Shown here one piece after another: positions 11,149 through 22,090 of a DNA stretch of 64,000 nt. Source of the DNA: Gammaproteobacteria bacterium (GTDB lineage: Bacteria; Pseudomonadota; Gammaproteobacteria; UBA4575); NCBI GenBank assembly GCA_965222615.1, contig CBDCUI010000009.1:896001-960000 (forward strand), read 5' to 3'. The stretch's first letter is position 1. Each line of letters starts with the position of its first letter. The position numbers and the translations under genes are program-made. The notes beneath the pieces were generated by a model. The model was not told the DNA's origin and made no database searches. It was given only the letters and a program-made list of their open reading frames with translations.

Positions 11149-11652
11149 CTACTGTGTGTTTTGCAGCGCCTGCAAAACACGGCCTGTAAGATCAATACGG
11201 TCACTTGCAAAAAGTACAGGTTGCGTAACTACTAAGTCGTAGTTTTCATTTTTAGCTACTTCAACTATGACCTCGTGAACTTTTTTTTGCAATTTCCCCA
11301 AAGCTTCATTCCTACGAATATTAAAATCTTCACGTAATTCATCTTGTTGGCGATTATATTCTCTCTTTTTATTAAGAATTTCTTTTTCTACACTGGAACG
11401 ACGGCTATCGCTCATAATAGCCCCATCTTGTTTTAATGTTTCTTCAAGTTTTAAGATTTCATCACGCACTGCGGTTAGCTTTTTATCGCGACCCGAGAAC
11501 TCCTTTTCCAAAGCCTTACGTGCCGCATCAGCCTGAGGCGACTTCTCCATAATTTCTGCCATATTTACAAATCCAATTTTTACTTCCGCACTAACTGCCA
11601 TAGGAAATAGAAATAGTGTAATCAGCAGATATTTTAAAATATATAATTTCAC
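11149..11652 (-). CDS. skp: OmpH/Skp periplasmic chaperone
   Basis: Signal peptide, KIGFVN, coiled coil, YDLV...DLT; between bamA and lpxD. Confidence 0.93.
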   Translation of the reverse strand: MKLYILKYLLITLFLFPMAVSAEVKIGFVNMAEIMEKSPQADAARKALEKEFSGRDKKLTAVRDEILKLEETLKQDGAIMSDSRRSSVEKEILNKKREYNRQQDELREDFNIRRNEALGKLQKKVHEVIVEVAKNENYDLVVTQPVLFASDRIDLTGRVLQALQNTQ

Positions 11653-11674
11653 TTATTTCTCCTATTCATTCAAT

Positions 11675-13963
11675 CTAGAAACTCGTTCCAATATTAAATT
11701 GGAAAGTTTCAGTATCATCTCCTGGCTCATCATTAAAAGGCGAAGATAATGCAGCACTGACACCACCAAGCCCTGTAATCAAATTCAGCCCTATTCCAAA
11801 AGATCCTCGAAGTTCACCTGAATCAAAATCATCAAACTCTTCAAAAACATTTCCAGCATCAACAAAAAAGCTTAAACGTGCCCTATTTTTATCCTCAATA
11901 AATGGTGGAGGGAAACTTAATTGAGCTCTAGTGACAGTTAAAAAATTTCCTCCAAACGGATCATCAAATGAATCTCTTGGCCCAAGACTGCTACTCTCAT
12001 ACCCACGTACTGAATCAAAACCACCAGCTCGAAATTTTTCAAAAAATGGCAAATCTGTTGTATTTGCATATTCTTTACCATAACCGATTTCCCCACCTAG
12101 TGATAGTGTGAATGTTTCGCTTAATTGAAATAAAGTAGTGTTTTCATAGTTAATTTTATAATACTCAAGATCACTACCGGGAATAGCAAATTCTACGGTG
12201 AATGTTTGCCTATTTCCTTTTTGTGGAAATAAACTTCTGTTGCGGGTGTCATGCGTAAAATTTGCTGTTGCAGTTAAGTTTGTATAGTTATCTCCATTTT
12301 CTTCAATAAAATTGAATATTTCTAGCGGTGTATTCATGCTCGTATCAATACCTGTTTGCTGTATTCTTAATGAGCCTAAAAATCTGTCATTTTCTGTTAC
12401 CGGTATACCATAGCCCAAACTTACAGAAAATTGGTCTGAATCAAAATCAGAAATATCGGCTTCATCTGCCTCAGTTGATACATATGAAAAACCAAAGCTA
12501 CGACTAACTCCATCAATAGTATGGTAAGGATTTGTATAATTAAGACGATATATTGTATTTACTTTGCTTGTATTAATGCTAAAAGCAACAGCTTTTCCCG
12601 TTCCCAAAAAATTTTCTTGACTCACACTCGTAGTTACAACTGCACCTTGACTGTCAGAAAATCCTGCACCTAGATTAAAACTACCTGCCAATCTTTCCTC
12701 TACTTTTATCTCTAAATCTACAAAGTCATCTACACCAGGTATTCGTTCAGTGTCAATTTCGACAGATTCCACATGCGGCAAACGATTCAGCCTGCGTCTA
12801 GAAAGTTCGATGTTAGTTTGCGAGTACCAGCCCCCTTCCATCTGTCTTAACTCTCGCCGATATACCTCGTCACGTGTTAACTCATGACCACGAAAGTTAA
12901 CTCTCCTCACATAAACTCGTTTCCCAGGATCAATGAATAAGGTTACATTTACCTTTTTATTCTCTTCATCTATTTCAGGAACTGCATTGATGTTCGGAAA
13001 TGCATAGCCCTCATCACCGAGCCGGCGAGTAACTGCATCTGTGAATTTGACAATTTTTTCTCGCGAAAAAGTTTCTCCTGGAGTGAAATCAATCAATGAC
13101 TTTAATTCTTCTTCGGGTAGCAAAAACTTTCCAGCCAAGTCAATGCTTTCCAAACTGTATTGATCACCTTCATCTATATTAATTGTAATAAATATATCTT
13201 CTTTATCGGGGCTAATGGAGACTTGTGTAGAGGTAATATCAAATTTTAAATGTCCATGGTTCAAATAATGTGAACGGAGAATTTCAAGATCTCCTTGAAG
13301 TTTTTGTTTTGCATAACGATCACGAGTACCCCAAAATTTATACCATGGTTTTAAACCTGATTCGAAATCATCGATTAAATCATCTTCTTCAAAAACGCTA
13401 TTGCCAACTATTTTTACTTGCTTGATCTTAGCAACATCGCCCTCAGCTATCCGAATTGCTACATCGACACGATTTCTTTCTAATTCTTTAACTTGAGTAT
13501 CGATATTTACACTGTATTTTCCAAAAGCAAAATATTGTTGCAATAACTCATTTTCTAAGCGCTCAAGTACGGAGCGATTAAACACGCGACCACTCGCGAT
13601 ACCAACATCCGTTAATACCTCGGTTAATTGCTCATCATTAAGGATTTTATTTCCTTCAAAATTGATGCTTGCAATTGCCGGTCTTTCTTTTACTACTACA
13701 ACTAAAATATTTCCTTCACGGCGTAATTCAATATCTTTAAAAATGCCTGTTTTATACAAGGTGCGAATGATATTTGCCGTTCGCTGCTCATCCAGTTGAT
13801 CACCCACCTTTACAGGCAGATAAGTAAAAACAGTGCCAGCTTCTATGCGCTCCAAGCCTTCAATTTGAATATCTTGAACTCGAAATGTTTCTGCGATAGC
13901 AGATGAACTGATAATCAAAAAAAGAAACGCAAGCGTAGTACGCCTGATCAAAAAAAACATCAT
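11675..13963 (-). CDS. bamA: Outer membrane protein assembly factor BamA
   Basis: POTRA repeats, VRGY motif, C-terminal FQFNIGTSF. Confidence 0.97.
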   Translation of the reverse strand: MMFFLIRRTTLAFLFLIISSSAIAETFRVQDIQIEGLERIEAGTVFTYLPVKVGDQLDEQRTANIIRTLYKTGIFKDIELRREGNILVVVVKERPAIASINFEGNKILNDEQLTEVLTDVGIASGRVFNRSVLERLENELLQQYFAFGKYSVNIDTQVKELERNRVDVAIRIAEGDVAKIKQVKIVGNSVFEEDDLIDDFESGLKPWYKFWGTRDRYAKQKLQGDLEILRSHYLNHGHLKFDITSTQVSISPDKEDIFITINIDEGDQYSLESIDLAGKFLLPEEELKSLIDFTPGETFSREKIVKFTDAVTRRLGDEGYAFPNINAVPEIDEENKKVNVTLFIDPGKRVYVRRVNFRGHELTRDEVYRRELRQMEGGWYSQTNIELSRRRLNRLPHVESVEIDTERIPGVDDFVDLEIKVEERLAGSFNLGAGFSDSQGAVVTTSVSQENFLGTGKAVAFSINTSKVNTIYRLNYTNPYHTIDGVSRSFGFSYVSTEADEADISDFDSDQFSVSLGYGIPVTENDRFLGSLRIQQTGIDTSMNTPLEIFNFIEENGDNYTNLTATANFTHDTRNRSLFPQKGNRQTFTVEFAIPGSDLEYYKINYENTTLFQLSETFTLSLGGEIGYGKEYANTTDLPFFEKFRAGGFDSVRGYESSSLGPRDSFDDPFGGNFLTVTRAQLSFPPPFIEDKNRARLSFFVDAGNVFEEFDDFDSGELRGSFGIGLNLITGLGGVSAALSSPFNDEPGDDTETFQFNIGTSF

Positions 13964-13973
13964 ATTTATTATT

Positions 13974-15332
13974 TTATTGCAGTAATCGATGTATATCGTT
14001 ATAAAAAGCCAGGACCATTAAACCAGCCAACATAGCGATCCCTATACGCTGCCCCATCGCTTCAAATTGTTCTGATACTGGGCTACCTTTTATAATCTCA
14101 ATTATATAATAAAATAAATGTCCTCCATCGAGTACAGGTATTGGAAGTAAATTAAGTACACCAATGGCAATACTGATAAAGGCCAATGCCCCAACAAAGG
14201 CAGAAAATCCTATTGCCGCAGAGATACCAGCATATTCGGCAATCGTTATCGGTCCACTGATATTTTTCAGGGAAGCCTCACCGATGATCAGCTTCCACAA
14301 TAGCTTTAAGGTCAATATAGAGTAGTCCCAGGTTTCAATTACGCCTTTAGCAAGTGCCTCCATGGGGCCATAACGAACCATTACTCGATGCGCTTTGAGC
14401 TGTTCTTCATCAACAAATGGATAGGCTCCAATTCGCCCAATCGTTTTGCCATTTTGCTCTTGCGAATCTGGTACAAGATTAAATACTAAATGCTCAGCAT
14501 TACGTTCAACTGCAAGCTCAATAGAAACATCTGGTTTTGCTTGAATATATTTAACTAATTCAACCCAGGTCTCTACTTGTTTACCATCAACACTAATTAC
14601 ACGATCTCCAGGTTGAATCCCCGCAGATTTTGCAACGCCAGACTTAATCTCTCCAAAAATAGGTTTATATTGATATCTCCAGGGTGTGATACCAATTTTT
14701 TCTAATAAATTTCCTTCAGACAGTAGTTGCTTAGTATCACTCAAATCTAACGTTACTACTTTTTTATTGGTTTCCTTGTCTTGCACAGTTGCATGTACAA
14801 TGCCATTTTTTAACGCCTTATCTAACAATTGTATTGTAGTTTGTTGCCACGTCTGTACCGAAACATCTTCCACAGACACAAAACTTTGATTCGGAGTTAT
14901 TTGCGCTTGTTCTGCAATACTACCCGCTTGCACTTCACCTACCGTAGGTTTAACCCCATCAACTCCAACTATAAAAGTTAGCCAATAAGCTAATATTGCA
15001 AAAATAAAATTGAATATTGGTCCAGCTGAAACAATTGCGAATCTTTTCCATACAGGTTGTCGATTAAAAGCACGATGTACTTCACTCTCTTGCACTTCAC
15101 CTTCGCGCTCATCCAACATTTTCACATAGCCACCAAGTGGAATACTGGCAACGACATATTCCGTGTTATCCATTCCAGCCAATCTTTTAAACAGTGGCTT
15201 TCCAAACCCTACAGAAAAGCGCAAGACTTTGACACCAAGCTTTTTAGCAACCCAATAATGTCCAAATTCATGCACTGTCACAATAATGCTAACAGCAATA
15301 ATAAAGGCTAATATATATGTCAACATTTCCAC
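13974..15332 (-). CDS. rseP: RIP metalloprotease RseP
   Basis: HEFGH, PLGGYVKM, PDZ domains, NLLPIPVLDGGH. Confidence 0.97.
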   Translation of the reverse strand: MEMLTYILAFIIAVSIIVTVHEFGHYWVAKKLGVKVLRFSVGFGKPLFKRLAGMDNTEYVVASIPLGGYVKMLDEREGEVQESEVHRAFNRQPVWKRFAIVSAGPIFNFIFAILAYWLTFIVGVDGVKPTVGEVQAGSIAEQAQITPNQSFVSVEDVSVQTWQQTTIQLLDKALKNGIVHATVQDKETNKKVVTLDLSDTKQLLSEGNLLEKIGITPWRYQYKPIFGEIKSGVAKSAGIQPGDRVISVDGKQVETWVELVKYIQAKPDVSIELAVERNAEHLVFNLVPDSQEQNGKTIGRIGAYPFVDEEQLKAHRVMVRYGPMEALAKGVIETWDYSILTLKLLWKLIIGEASLKNISGPITIAEYAGISAAIGFSAFVGALAFISIAIGVLNLLPIPVLDGGHLFYYIIEIIKGSPVSEQFEAMGQRIGIAMLAGLMVLAFYNDIHRLLQ

Positions 15333-15334
15333 AA

Positions 15335-16552
15335 TTAATGCCTCAACAAGGATTGATTAATAAAGTTTTGCGCATAAAGTCGCGCTTGTTCGTCTATTGC
15401 AAATACTAATTCCAGATCATGCACATCTTCATGATCTAAATTTTGTAACACGGCATCGATTACTGTAGGAATATCTGTAAAACTTATTTTATTATTTAAG
15501 AAGTTATCTACTGCGATTTCATTTGCAGCACTCAATACAGTTGTAGCGCTTTGTGCAGCATGCAATGCATCATAGGCTAATTGCAAACATGGAAACCGAT
15601 TTAAATCTGGACTAATAAACTCAAATTTACCTATCTTGGTCAAATCCATGGTATTTACTCCTGAGCTTATTCGCTGCGGCCAAGCTAGAGCATGCGCAAT
15701 AGGAACGCGCATATCCGGATGCGCTAAATGTGCCAACAAAGATCCATCAGGATATGCAACTAATGAATGAATAATAGATTGTGGATGAATCACAACTTCA
15801 ATATCCGAATAATTTTTTTTGAATAACTTACACGCTTCAATAACCTCAAGTCCTTTATTCATCATCGTGGCCGAATCTACAGATATTTTCTTACCCATCT
15901 TCCAATTGGGATGGGCACAGGCTTCATCTGGAGTAATATCTTTAAATTCCTCTAAAGGCTTATACAAAAATGGCCCACCAGATGCGGTCAGTATAATTTT
16001 CTCAACTGTAGTGTTTTCACCGTTTTTTGGTAGACACTGAAATACGGCATTATGTTCACTATCTATCGGCAATATTAATGAATTATTATTTTCAACGACT
16101 TCCATCAACAAGTTACCTGACATTACCAATGCCTCTTTGTTGGCAAGTAAAATCCTTTTACCTGCTTTTGCCGCAGCAAGTGTAGCCGATAAACCTGCAG
16201 CACCAACAATTGCTGCCATCACAAAATCCACCTCTGCCAAACTGGCTACTACTTCTAGCCCTTCTCTACCAGATAGAATTTCTGGCTTCAGCTTAGTATT
16301 AGTAAATTTAGCATTAAACTCATCAACCAAATTCTCATTTACAACTACTGCTACTTTAGGATGAAATTGCAAACATTGCTGATACAAAAGATCGATTTGA
16401 TTATTTGTCGTAAGCGCAGTTACAGAAAATTTTGTAGGGTGTTGCTTTATTACATCCAATGTATTTACACCCACAGAGCCAGTCGCTCCCAATATAGAAA
16501 TATTTACCACATCATCTAATGTGGGTTCTTGAATTGCCGTCAGTTCAATCAT
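15335..16552 (-). CDS. dxr: 1-deoxy-D-xylulose-5-phosphate reductoisomerase
   Basis: LGATGSVG, LANKEAL, PIDSEH, HPNWKMG, NKGLE. Confidence 0.97.
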   Translation of the reverse strand: MIELTAIQEPTLDDVVNISILGATGSVGVNTLDVIKQHPTKFSVTALTTNNQIDLLYQQCLQFHPKVAVVVNENLVDEFNAKFTNTKLKPEILSGREGLEVVASLAEVDFVMAAIVGAAGLSATLAAAKAGKRILLANKEALVMSGNLLMEVVENNNSLILPIDSEHNAVFQCLPKNGENTTVEKIILTASGGPFLYKPLEEFKDITPDEACAHPNWKMGKKISVDSATMMNKGLEVIEACKLFKKNYSDIEVVIHPQSIIHSLVAYPDGSLLAHLAHPDMRVPIAHALAWPQRISSGVNTMDLTKIGKFEFISPDLNRFPCLQLAYDALHAAQSATTVLSAANEIAVDNFLNNKISFTDIPTVIDAVLQNLDHEDVHDLELVFAIDEQARLYAQNFINQSLLRH

Positions 16553-17355
16553 GTTACCCAGTATAATCCAAGTGCAAATCCAGGGGCAGCCGCCGTTAAA
16601 CTATCAATTCTATCCAACACACCACCATGGCCTGGCAATAATACTCCACTATCCTTTACTCCAGCTTTTCTTTTTAACAAACTTTCATATAAGTCCCCAA
16701 CTACTGATATTAATGCCGTGAGTAAACATAAACATCCAAAATAAAACCAAACATTTTTACTCAACTCAAATAGATAGACACCAACCATGGCTACAATGAC
16801 TGATGCGGCTAATGCTCCCCATAAACCTTCCCGCGACTTTCCGGGACTGAGTTCAGGCGCCAATTTCGTTTTACCAAATCGCTTTCCTACAAAATAAGCG
16901 GCAATATCTGCAACCCAGATTAACACTAGTAAATACATCAAAATGATTGGGCCCTGTTTATGCAAAATTGTAAGCGCAAGCCATGCAGGCACCAATACTA
17001 TAAAACCCGAAAACTCTAATAGATATTGCAACCAGCTTGCTTGCAACCAATTTGATTCAAACACTGCAAGCAACATTACGACTAGCGCCCACCACAACCC
17101 TGCAACAAACAAAATAATTCTTATATGTTGTGACTCGGCAAATAACCAAGTGACTAACAACAATGCAGCCATGAATACAACATAAATAATTCTTCGTATT
17201 AGATTATTCGGTTCAACCAAGTTGGCCCATTCCCAAGCACCTAACAGAGTAATGATTGCAAACAACAGAGCAAGCCAATGATTTGGCAATTTAAACACCG
17301 ACAGTACAATAGCCGCCCCAAGTATAACTGCCGTAATTACACGTTGTTTTAGCAT
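16549..17355 (-). CDS. cdsA: Phosphatidate cytidylyltransferase
   Basis: SPGKS, KDSG, PGHGGVLDRIDS. Confidence 0.97.
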   Translation of the reverse strand: MLKQRVITAVILGAAIVLSVFKLPNHWLALLFAIITLLGAWEWANLVEPNNLIRRIIYVVFMAALLLVTWLFAESQHIRIILFVAGLWWALVVMLLAVFESNWLQASWLQYLLEFSGFIVLVPAWLALTILHKQGPIILMYLLVLIWVADIAAYFVGKRFGKTKLAPELSPGKSREGLWGALAASVIVAMVGVYLFELSKNVWFYFGCLCLLTALISVVGDLYESLLKRKAGVKDSGVLLPGHGGVLDRIDSLTAAAPGFALGLYWVT

Positions 17356-17357
17356 GA

Positions 17358-18083
17358 CTAGCCTAGTATTTGTTCTTGAGTTTGACCAAATCTTCTCTGT
17401 CGAAGCCTATAGCTATCAAATGCTTTCTCTAATTCTTTTTTATCAAAATCTGGCCACAGCACATCGCAAAAATATAATTCCGTGTATGCCAACTGCCACA
17501 ACAAAAAATTACTGATGCGCTGCTCACCTCCAGTACGAATAAATAAATCAGGCGGAGGTATATTTTTAGTGGACAGGGCTTTTTCAAGAGTATTTTCAGT
17601 TATGTCCTCGAGCTGTAACTTTCCTTGTTGCACATCTTGGATTGTCTTTTTTGCAGCCTCTACGATATCCCACTTCCCGCCATAGTTTGCAGCTACATTT
17701 AAAAACAATTTATCATTTGAAGAAGTTCGTGTCTCCGCGTCTTGAATTTGCTCTTGCAACTTCTTTGAGAAACCATCTTTTTGGCCAAGGAATTGTAGGC
17801 ATACCCCATTGTCATTAAGATCTTTAACTTCATTTTTAAGTGATTGCATAAATAAATCCATTAAAGCAGAGACTTCATTTTTTGGTCTTTGCCAATTTTC
17901 ACTACTGAACGCAAATAAAGTTAAATACTTAACACCAGCTTCCCCACTTGCTTTAATAATTTCTTGAGTTGCATCCACACCCTGTTTGTGACCAGCTGTG
18001 CGCGGGAGTTTGTGCTGTTTTGCCCATCTGCCATTACCATCCATAATAATAGCAACATGTGTTGGAACTAATTCATTAGACAT
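17358..18083 (-). CDS. uppS: Undecaprenyl diphosphate synthase
   Basis: IIMDGNGRWA, FSSENW, RTGGEQRISNF. Confidence 0.97.
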   Translation of the reverse strand: MSNELVPTHVAIIMDGNGRWAKQHKLPRTAGHKQGVDATQEIIKASGEAGVKYLTLFAFSSENWQRPKNEVSALMDLFMQSLKNEVKDLNDNGVCLQFLGQKDGFSKKLQEQIQDAETRTSSNDKLFLNVAANYGGKWDIVEAAKKTIQDVQQGKLQLEDITENTLEKALSTKNIPPPDLFIRTGGEQRISNFLLWQLAYTELYFCDVLWPDFDKKELEKAFDSYRLRQRRFGQTQEQILG

Positions 18084-18111
18084 CTCAGGCCTAGCAAGCT
18101 GGTGCAGTAAA

Positions 18112-18327
18112 GAGGAAGCTTTGATTTATTAGCCCATAACATAAATGTGCACGGCTAAGACAAGGCAAAAAATGTTGAGACAAATTTGCCGGGAGCAAAT
18201 TTGGGAAGCTTTGCTAGCCGTATGCCGAACACCAGGATGGTGTGAGTCAAAGCAGAGTTTACATGTGAGTAAATGAGCATTTTGAAACATTTTTTAACGA
18301 CGTATTAGAATAAATCAGAGCTTCCTC
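18112..18327. repeat. Palindromic intergenic repeat, family A copy 1, with a nested ~70-bp insert
   Basis: Terminal IR gaggaagctttgatttatt (18112-18130) / aataaatcagagcttcctc (18309-18327); core shared with 50741-50859. Confidence 0.75.
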
Positions 18328-18883
18328 AAACTTCCATAAGATCTTTTTCTTTTTCATCCAGTATAGTTTCAATTTCTTTAATAAACTGATCAGTTAATTT
18401 TTGAATTTCATCTTGTGCTTGATGTTCTTCGTCTTCTGAAATTTCTTTTTCTTTTAAAAGTTCCTTAAAATCCGCATTAGCATCTCGGCGAATATTACGA
18501 ATTGCAACTCGGCCTTTTTCTGCTTCTTGCTTCACAACTTTAACTAAATCCTTACGCCTTTCTTCTGTCAGTGGCGGCATGATTACTCTGATTACGTTAC
18601 CTGCAGTGGTAGGATTAAGCCCAAGATCTGAACTCATAATAGCTTTCTCTAGCACCGGCACTAAAGATCTTTCCCAAGGTGTGATAGCTATGGTGCGTGC
18701 ATCTTCTACTGCGACGGTTGCTGCCTGATTAATGGGGACTTCGTTGCCGTAGTATTCCACCATTACATGATCTAATAACCGTGCATTTGCACGGCCTGTA
18801 CGAATTTTAGAAAGCTCATTGGACAGTGCATCAATACTTTTACGCATGCGTTCTTTTGCATCTTTCTTGATATCTTCAATCAC
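18326..18883 (-). CDS. frr: Ribosome recycling factor
   Basis: [30 protein letters not shown]. Confidence 0.98.
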   Translation of the reverse strand: MIEDIKKDAKERMRKSIDALSNELSKIRTGRANARLLDHVMVEYYGNEVPINQAATVAVEDARTIAITPWERSLVPVLEKAIMSSDLGLNPTTAGNVIRVIMPPLTEERRKDLVKVVKQEAEKGRVAIRNIRRDANADFKELLKEKEISEDEEHQAQDEIQKLTDQFIKEIETILDEKEKDLMEV

Positions 18884-18885
18884 GT

Positions 18886-19611
18886 TTATACTCCTGTCAC
18901 CACAGTCCCGATCGTTTCGCCCTGGATTATTTTTGTAAGATCGCCCTCATTAAATAAATTAAACACACGTAACGGGATATTATTGTCTCTGCATAGCACT
19001 AATGCCGTGGCATCCATCACTGCAAGTTTTTTATTTATTGCATCATCAAAATTAATTTCTTCATACATCACCGCATTTGGATTTTTATGTGGATCATCAT
19101 CATAGACTCCATCTACTTTAGTTGCTTTAAGCATGATATCGGCATTGATTTCCGAGGCACGCAAGCTTGCTGCAGAATCGGTTGTGAAATATGGATTACC
19201 TGTCCCAGCAGCAAATACTACTACTCTACCTTTCTCTAGATGTCGAATCGCACGTCTACGTATATAGTCTTCACAAACCTGATTAATTTTTACTGCAGAC
19301 ATTACTCGACAATATACTCCCAAATTCTCCAACGCATCCTGTAATGCCAAACTATTCATTACCGTTGCCAACATACCCATGTGATCCGCTGTCACTCGAT
19401 CCATACCAGCCTGAGCTAAGCCAGCACCACGAAAAATATTACCACCACCAATCACTATCGCTACCTCAACTCCGAGTTGAGTGACATGTACAATCTCTTT
19501 GGCAATACGCGTGATAACTTCGGGATCGATCCCATAATCATACTTCCCCATAAGCGCTTCGCCACTGAGCTTCAATAAAATTCGTTTATATTTAATATTT
19601 GTACTCGTCAT
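18886..19611 (-). CDS. pyrH: UMP kinase
   Basis: [26 protein letters not shown]. Confidence 0.98.
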   Translation of the reverse strand: MTSTNIKYKRILLKLSGEALMGKYDYGIDPEVITRIAKEIVHVTQLGVEVAIVIGGGNIFRGAGLAQAGMDRVTADHMGMLATVMNSLALQDALENLGVYCRVMSAVKINQVCEDYIRRRAIRHLEKGRVVVFAAGTGNPYFTTDSAASLRASEINADIMLKATKVDGVYDDDPHKNPNAVMYEEINFDDAINKKLAVMDATALVLCRDNNIPLRVFNLFNEGDLTKIIQGETIGTVVTGV

Positions 19612-19625
19612 ATTATTTTAGGTAT

Positions 19626-19652
19626 AAAAAAAGGGGCGATGCCCCTTTTTTT
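19626..19652. terminator. Intrinsic (likely bidirectional) terminator after tsf
   Basis: aaaaaaaggggc-gat-gcccctttttt: GC stem flanked by A/T runs. Confidence 0.85.
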
Positions 19653-19662
19653 AAATATCATC

Positions 19663-20550
19663 CTAATCATCTTCGCTCTGTTTAACTTGTGCCATGACTT
19701 CATCGGCAAAGTTTTCTGATCTTTTCTCTAGACCCTCACCTACTTCAAAGCGAATAAATCTATGCACCGAGGCACTAGCGTTTTTGAGATATTTCTCAAC
19801 CGACTGGCTATCATCTTTAACAAATGGCTGACCCAATAAAGTACTTTCTTTAATAAATTTATTCACTTTACCTTGTACCATTTTTTCGACGATTTCTGGT
19901 GGCTTACCACTTGCATCGGCCTGTGCCTTTGCAATATCTCTTTCCTTATCTAATATATCACTTGGCACTTCGTCAGCACTTACACAAATTGGATTTACTG
20001 CAGCAATATGCATCGCGATATCTTTGCCAAGCGCTTCATCTCCACCAGAGTAATCAACCAATACCCCAATACGTTTACCATGCGCATAGCTTGCCATTAC
20101 ACCCTCTGCATTTTGTTTTTCAAAACGTCTAACCTGGATGTTTTCGCCAATTTTAGTCACTAACTCTAAGCGTGTTTGTTCGACTAATTGCCCCGTATTC
20201 ATAGATGTTTTATTTAACTCATCAACCGAATTCAAATCATTTGCAAGTACTATATCTGCTAATTGCTTGGTAAATGCTTGGAACTGATCGTCTTTAGCAA
20301 CAAAATCAGTTTCACAATTAACTTCTACAATTGATGCCTGCTTTCCATCCTTTGACACGGCAATCGCAATAGCGCCTTCGGCTGCAATACGACCAGCTTT
20401 TTTATCCGCTTTGGCCTGACCTGATTTACGCATCTGTTCTATAGCAGCTTCCATGTCTCCACTACTATTGGTCAAGGCTTTTTTACATTCCATCATGCCT
20501 GCACCTGTACGTTCACGCAGCTCTTTAACCATTGTTGCTGTAATTTGCAT
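19663..20550 (-). CDS. tsf: Elongation factor Ts
   Basis: VKELRERTGAGMMECKKAL, EVNCETDFV, RFEVGEG. Confidence 0.98.
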   Translation of the reverse strand: MQITATMVKELRERTGAGMMECKKALTNSSGDMEAAIEQMRKSGQAKADKKAGRIAAEGAIAIAVSKDGKQASIVEVNCETDFVAKDDQFQAFTKQLADIVLANDLNSVDELNKTSMNTGQLVEQTRLELVTKIGENIQVRRFEKQNAEGVMASYAHGKRIGVLVDYSGGDEALGKDIAMHIAAVNPICVSADEVPSDILDKERDIAKAQADASGKPPEIVEKMVQGKVNKFIKESTLLGQPFVKDDSQSVEKYLKNASASVHRFIRFEVGEGLEKRSENFADEVMAQVKQSEDD

Positions 20551-20595
20551 TATTCTTCCTAAATCTATTTTTGTGTGTGAGTAATAAAACTGTAC

Positions 20596-21855
20596 TTAAA
20601 ATGAAAGCTTGGCTGGCAATGACTTTGCTTGAGTAATCCAAGCTTCTATCTCAGTTTTTTCCGGAACGTTTGGCGCAAGTGACTTTTCCTTATTAGTTGC
20701 TTTGAGCTTCTTTAGCACATCATTAGCATCTGCACTTGCCAACTCATCGACAGAACTAAATCCACTCACTTCTAATAATTCAGCTTGGTTACCGCTAACC
20801 CCAGATAGACGAAAGAAATCGCTCATCTTTGCCCAGCGCTGAATTGATTTTTCACTCAAACCTGAAGACTCCGCACACTTAGCACGGGCATCAGGTGTCA
20901 CACATGCCTCTAATAATTTACCTACAGTAGTAATACCAATTTTCCCCAGGGCATCGGCATATTTAGGCCCGATACCTTCAATGTCAGTGATATTTACGCT
21001 GTCATCGATATTAGATTTTACGGTATCTTTTTTTACAGGACTTTGCTTAGTAGATTTTTTCTTAACCGTTATCTTTTGCTTTGGTTTACTTTTTGTTTTT
21101 TCGTCTGCCTCGGCAACTTTTCCCGTATCATCGATTTCTACGAAATCGTCTTCGTCTCCCGACATGATACGTGAGCTTTCTTTACCCTCTATTATGGCGT
21201 CAGCAATATGCGAGGTATATAACTTGATTGCACGTATAGCGTCATCATTACCAGGTATCACATAATCAACACCATCTACTTTATTGTTGCTATCTACAAT
21301 AGCGACTACAGGAATTCCAAGTTTGTTTGCCTCATTTACTGCAATCGCCTCATAACCTACATCAATCACAAACAAGACATCGGGTAAACCTGATATATTT
21401 TTTATGCCGCCTAAGCTGCGATCCAACTTAAAGAGCTCACGTTTCAAAAGTAATACTTCTTTTTTACTTAACCGCTCTATTCCATCACCACTTGCAGTTT
21501 GTTCAAGGTCATGCAACCGTTGAATTGATTTTTTAACAGTATTAAAGTTGGTTAACATTCCACCTAACCAACGATGATTGACATATGGCATTCCACATCG
21601 AATTGCCTCTTCTCGTATCACATCTCTTGCGGAACGCTTAGTACCAACAAATAAAATAGAACCCTTATTAGCCGCCATATTTCCTAAAAATGTTGCGGCC
21701 TCAAGAAACATCGGCAATGTTTTCTCAAGGTTAATAATGTGGATCTTATTTCGTTCACCGAAAATATAAGGACTCATTTTCGGATTCCAGTATCGGGTTT
21801 GATGCCCGAAATGCACGCCTGCTTCTAGCATCTGACGCATTGTGACATTCGCCAT
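20596..21855 (-). CDS. rpsB: 30S ribosomal protein S2 with an acidic/Lys-rich linker and a C-terminal DUF4332-like HhH domain
   Basis: [30 protein letters not shown]; ~190 extra C-terminal residues including IEGIGPKYA. Confidence 0.96.
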   Translation of the reverse strand: MANVTMRQMLEAGVHFGHQTRYWNPKMSPYIFGERNKIHIINLEKTLPMFLEAATFLGNMAANKGSILFVGTKRSARDVIREEAIRCGMPYVNHRWLGGMLTNFNTVKKSIQRLHDLEQTASGDGIERLSKKEVLLLKRELFKLDRSLGGIKNISGLPDVLFVIDVGYEAIAVNEANKLGIPVVAIVDSNNKVDGVDYVIPGNDDAIRAIKLYTSHIADAIIEGKESSRIMSGDEDDFVEIDDTGKVAEADEKTKSKPKQKITVKKKSTKQSPVKKDTVKSNIDDSVNITDIEGIGPKYADALGKIGITTVGKLLEACVTPDARAKCAESSGLSEKSIQRWAKMSDFFRLSGVSGNQAELLEVSGFSSVDELASADANDVLKKLKATNKEKSLAPNVPEKTEIEAWITQAKSLPAKLSF

Positions 21856-21872
21856 GATATGTAATGCTCCTA

Positions 21873-21948
21873 TGGGTTATACCTCCGCGCACCCCATGTG
21901 GAAACTCTTATACGAGCACCCAACCACATGTGACGATACGCGTGTGGA
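21873..21948 (-). ncRNA. rpsB 5' leader (t44 / S2 autoregulatory element)
   Basis: Minus strand reads CACACGCGTATCGTCACATG...GGGTGC...CATGGGGTGCGCGGAGGTATAACCC, matching the enterobacterial t44 layout upstream of rpsB. Confidence 0.75.
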
Positions 21949-22001
21949 TTATATGAGAATCTGAATAATTCAGATTCTACTTAAAAGTGTATTTGCGCTG
22001 A

Positions 22002-22021
22002 GCGCGGGCGCTTTATAACAT
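22002..22021 (-). promoter_or_regulatory. rpsB extended -10 promoter with GC-rich discriminator
   Basis: Minus strand TGTTATAAAGCGCCCGCGC, similar to the conserved gammaproteobacterial rpsB promoter. Confidence 0.6.
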
Positions 22022-22090
22022 GATTAGTCATTAGGAACAATCACTTAAGCAATTATTCACTCACCTGCTGCAGCTTAGCTTCAAACTACA

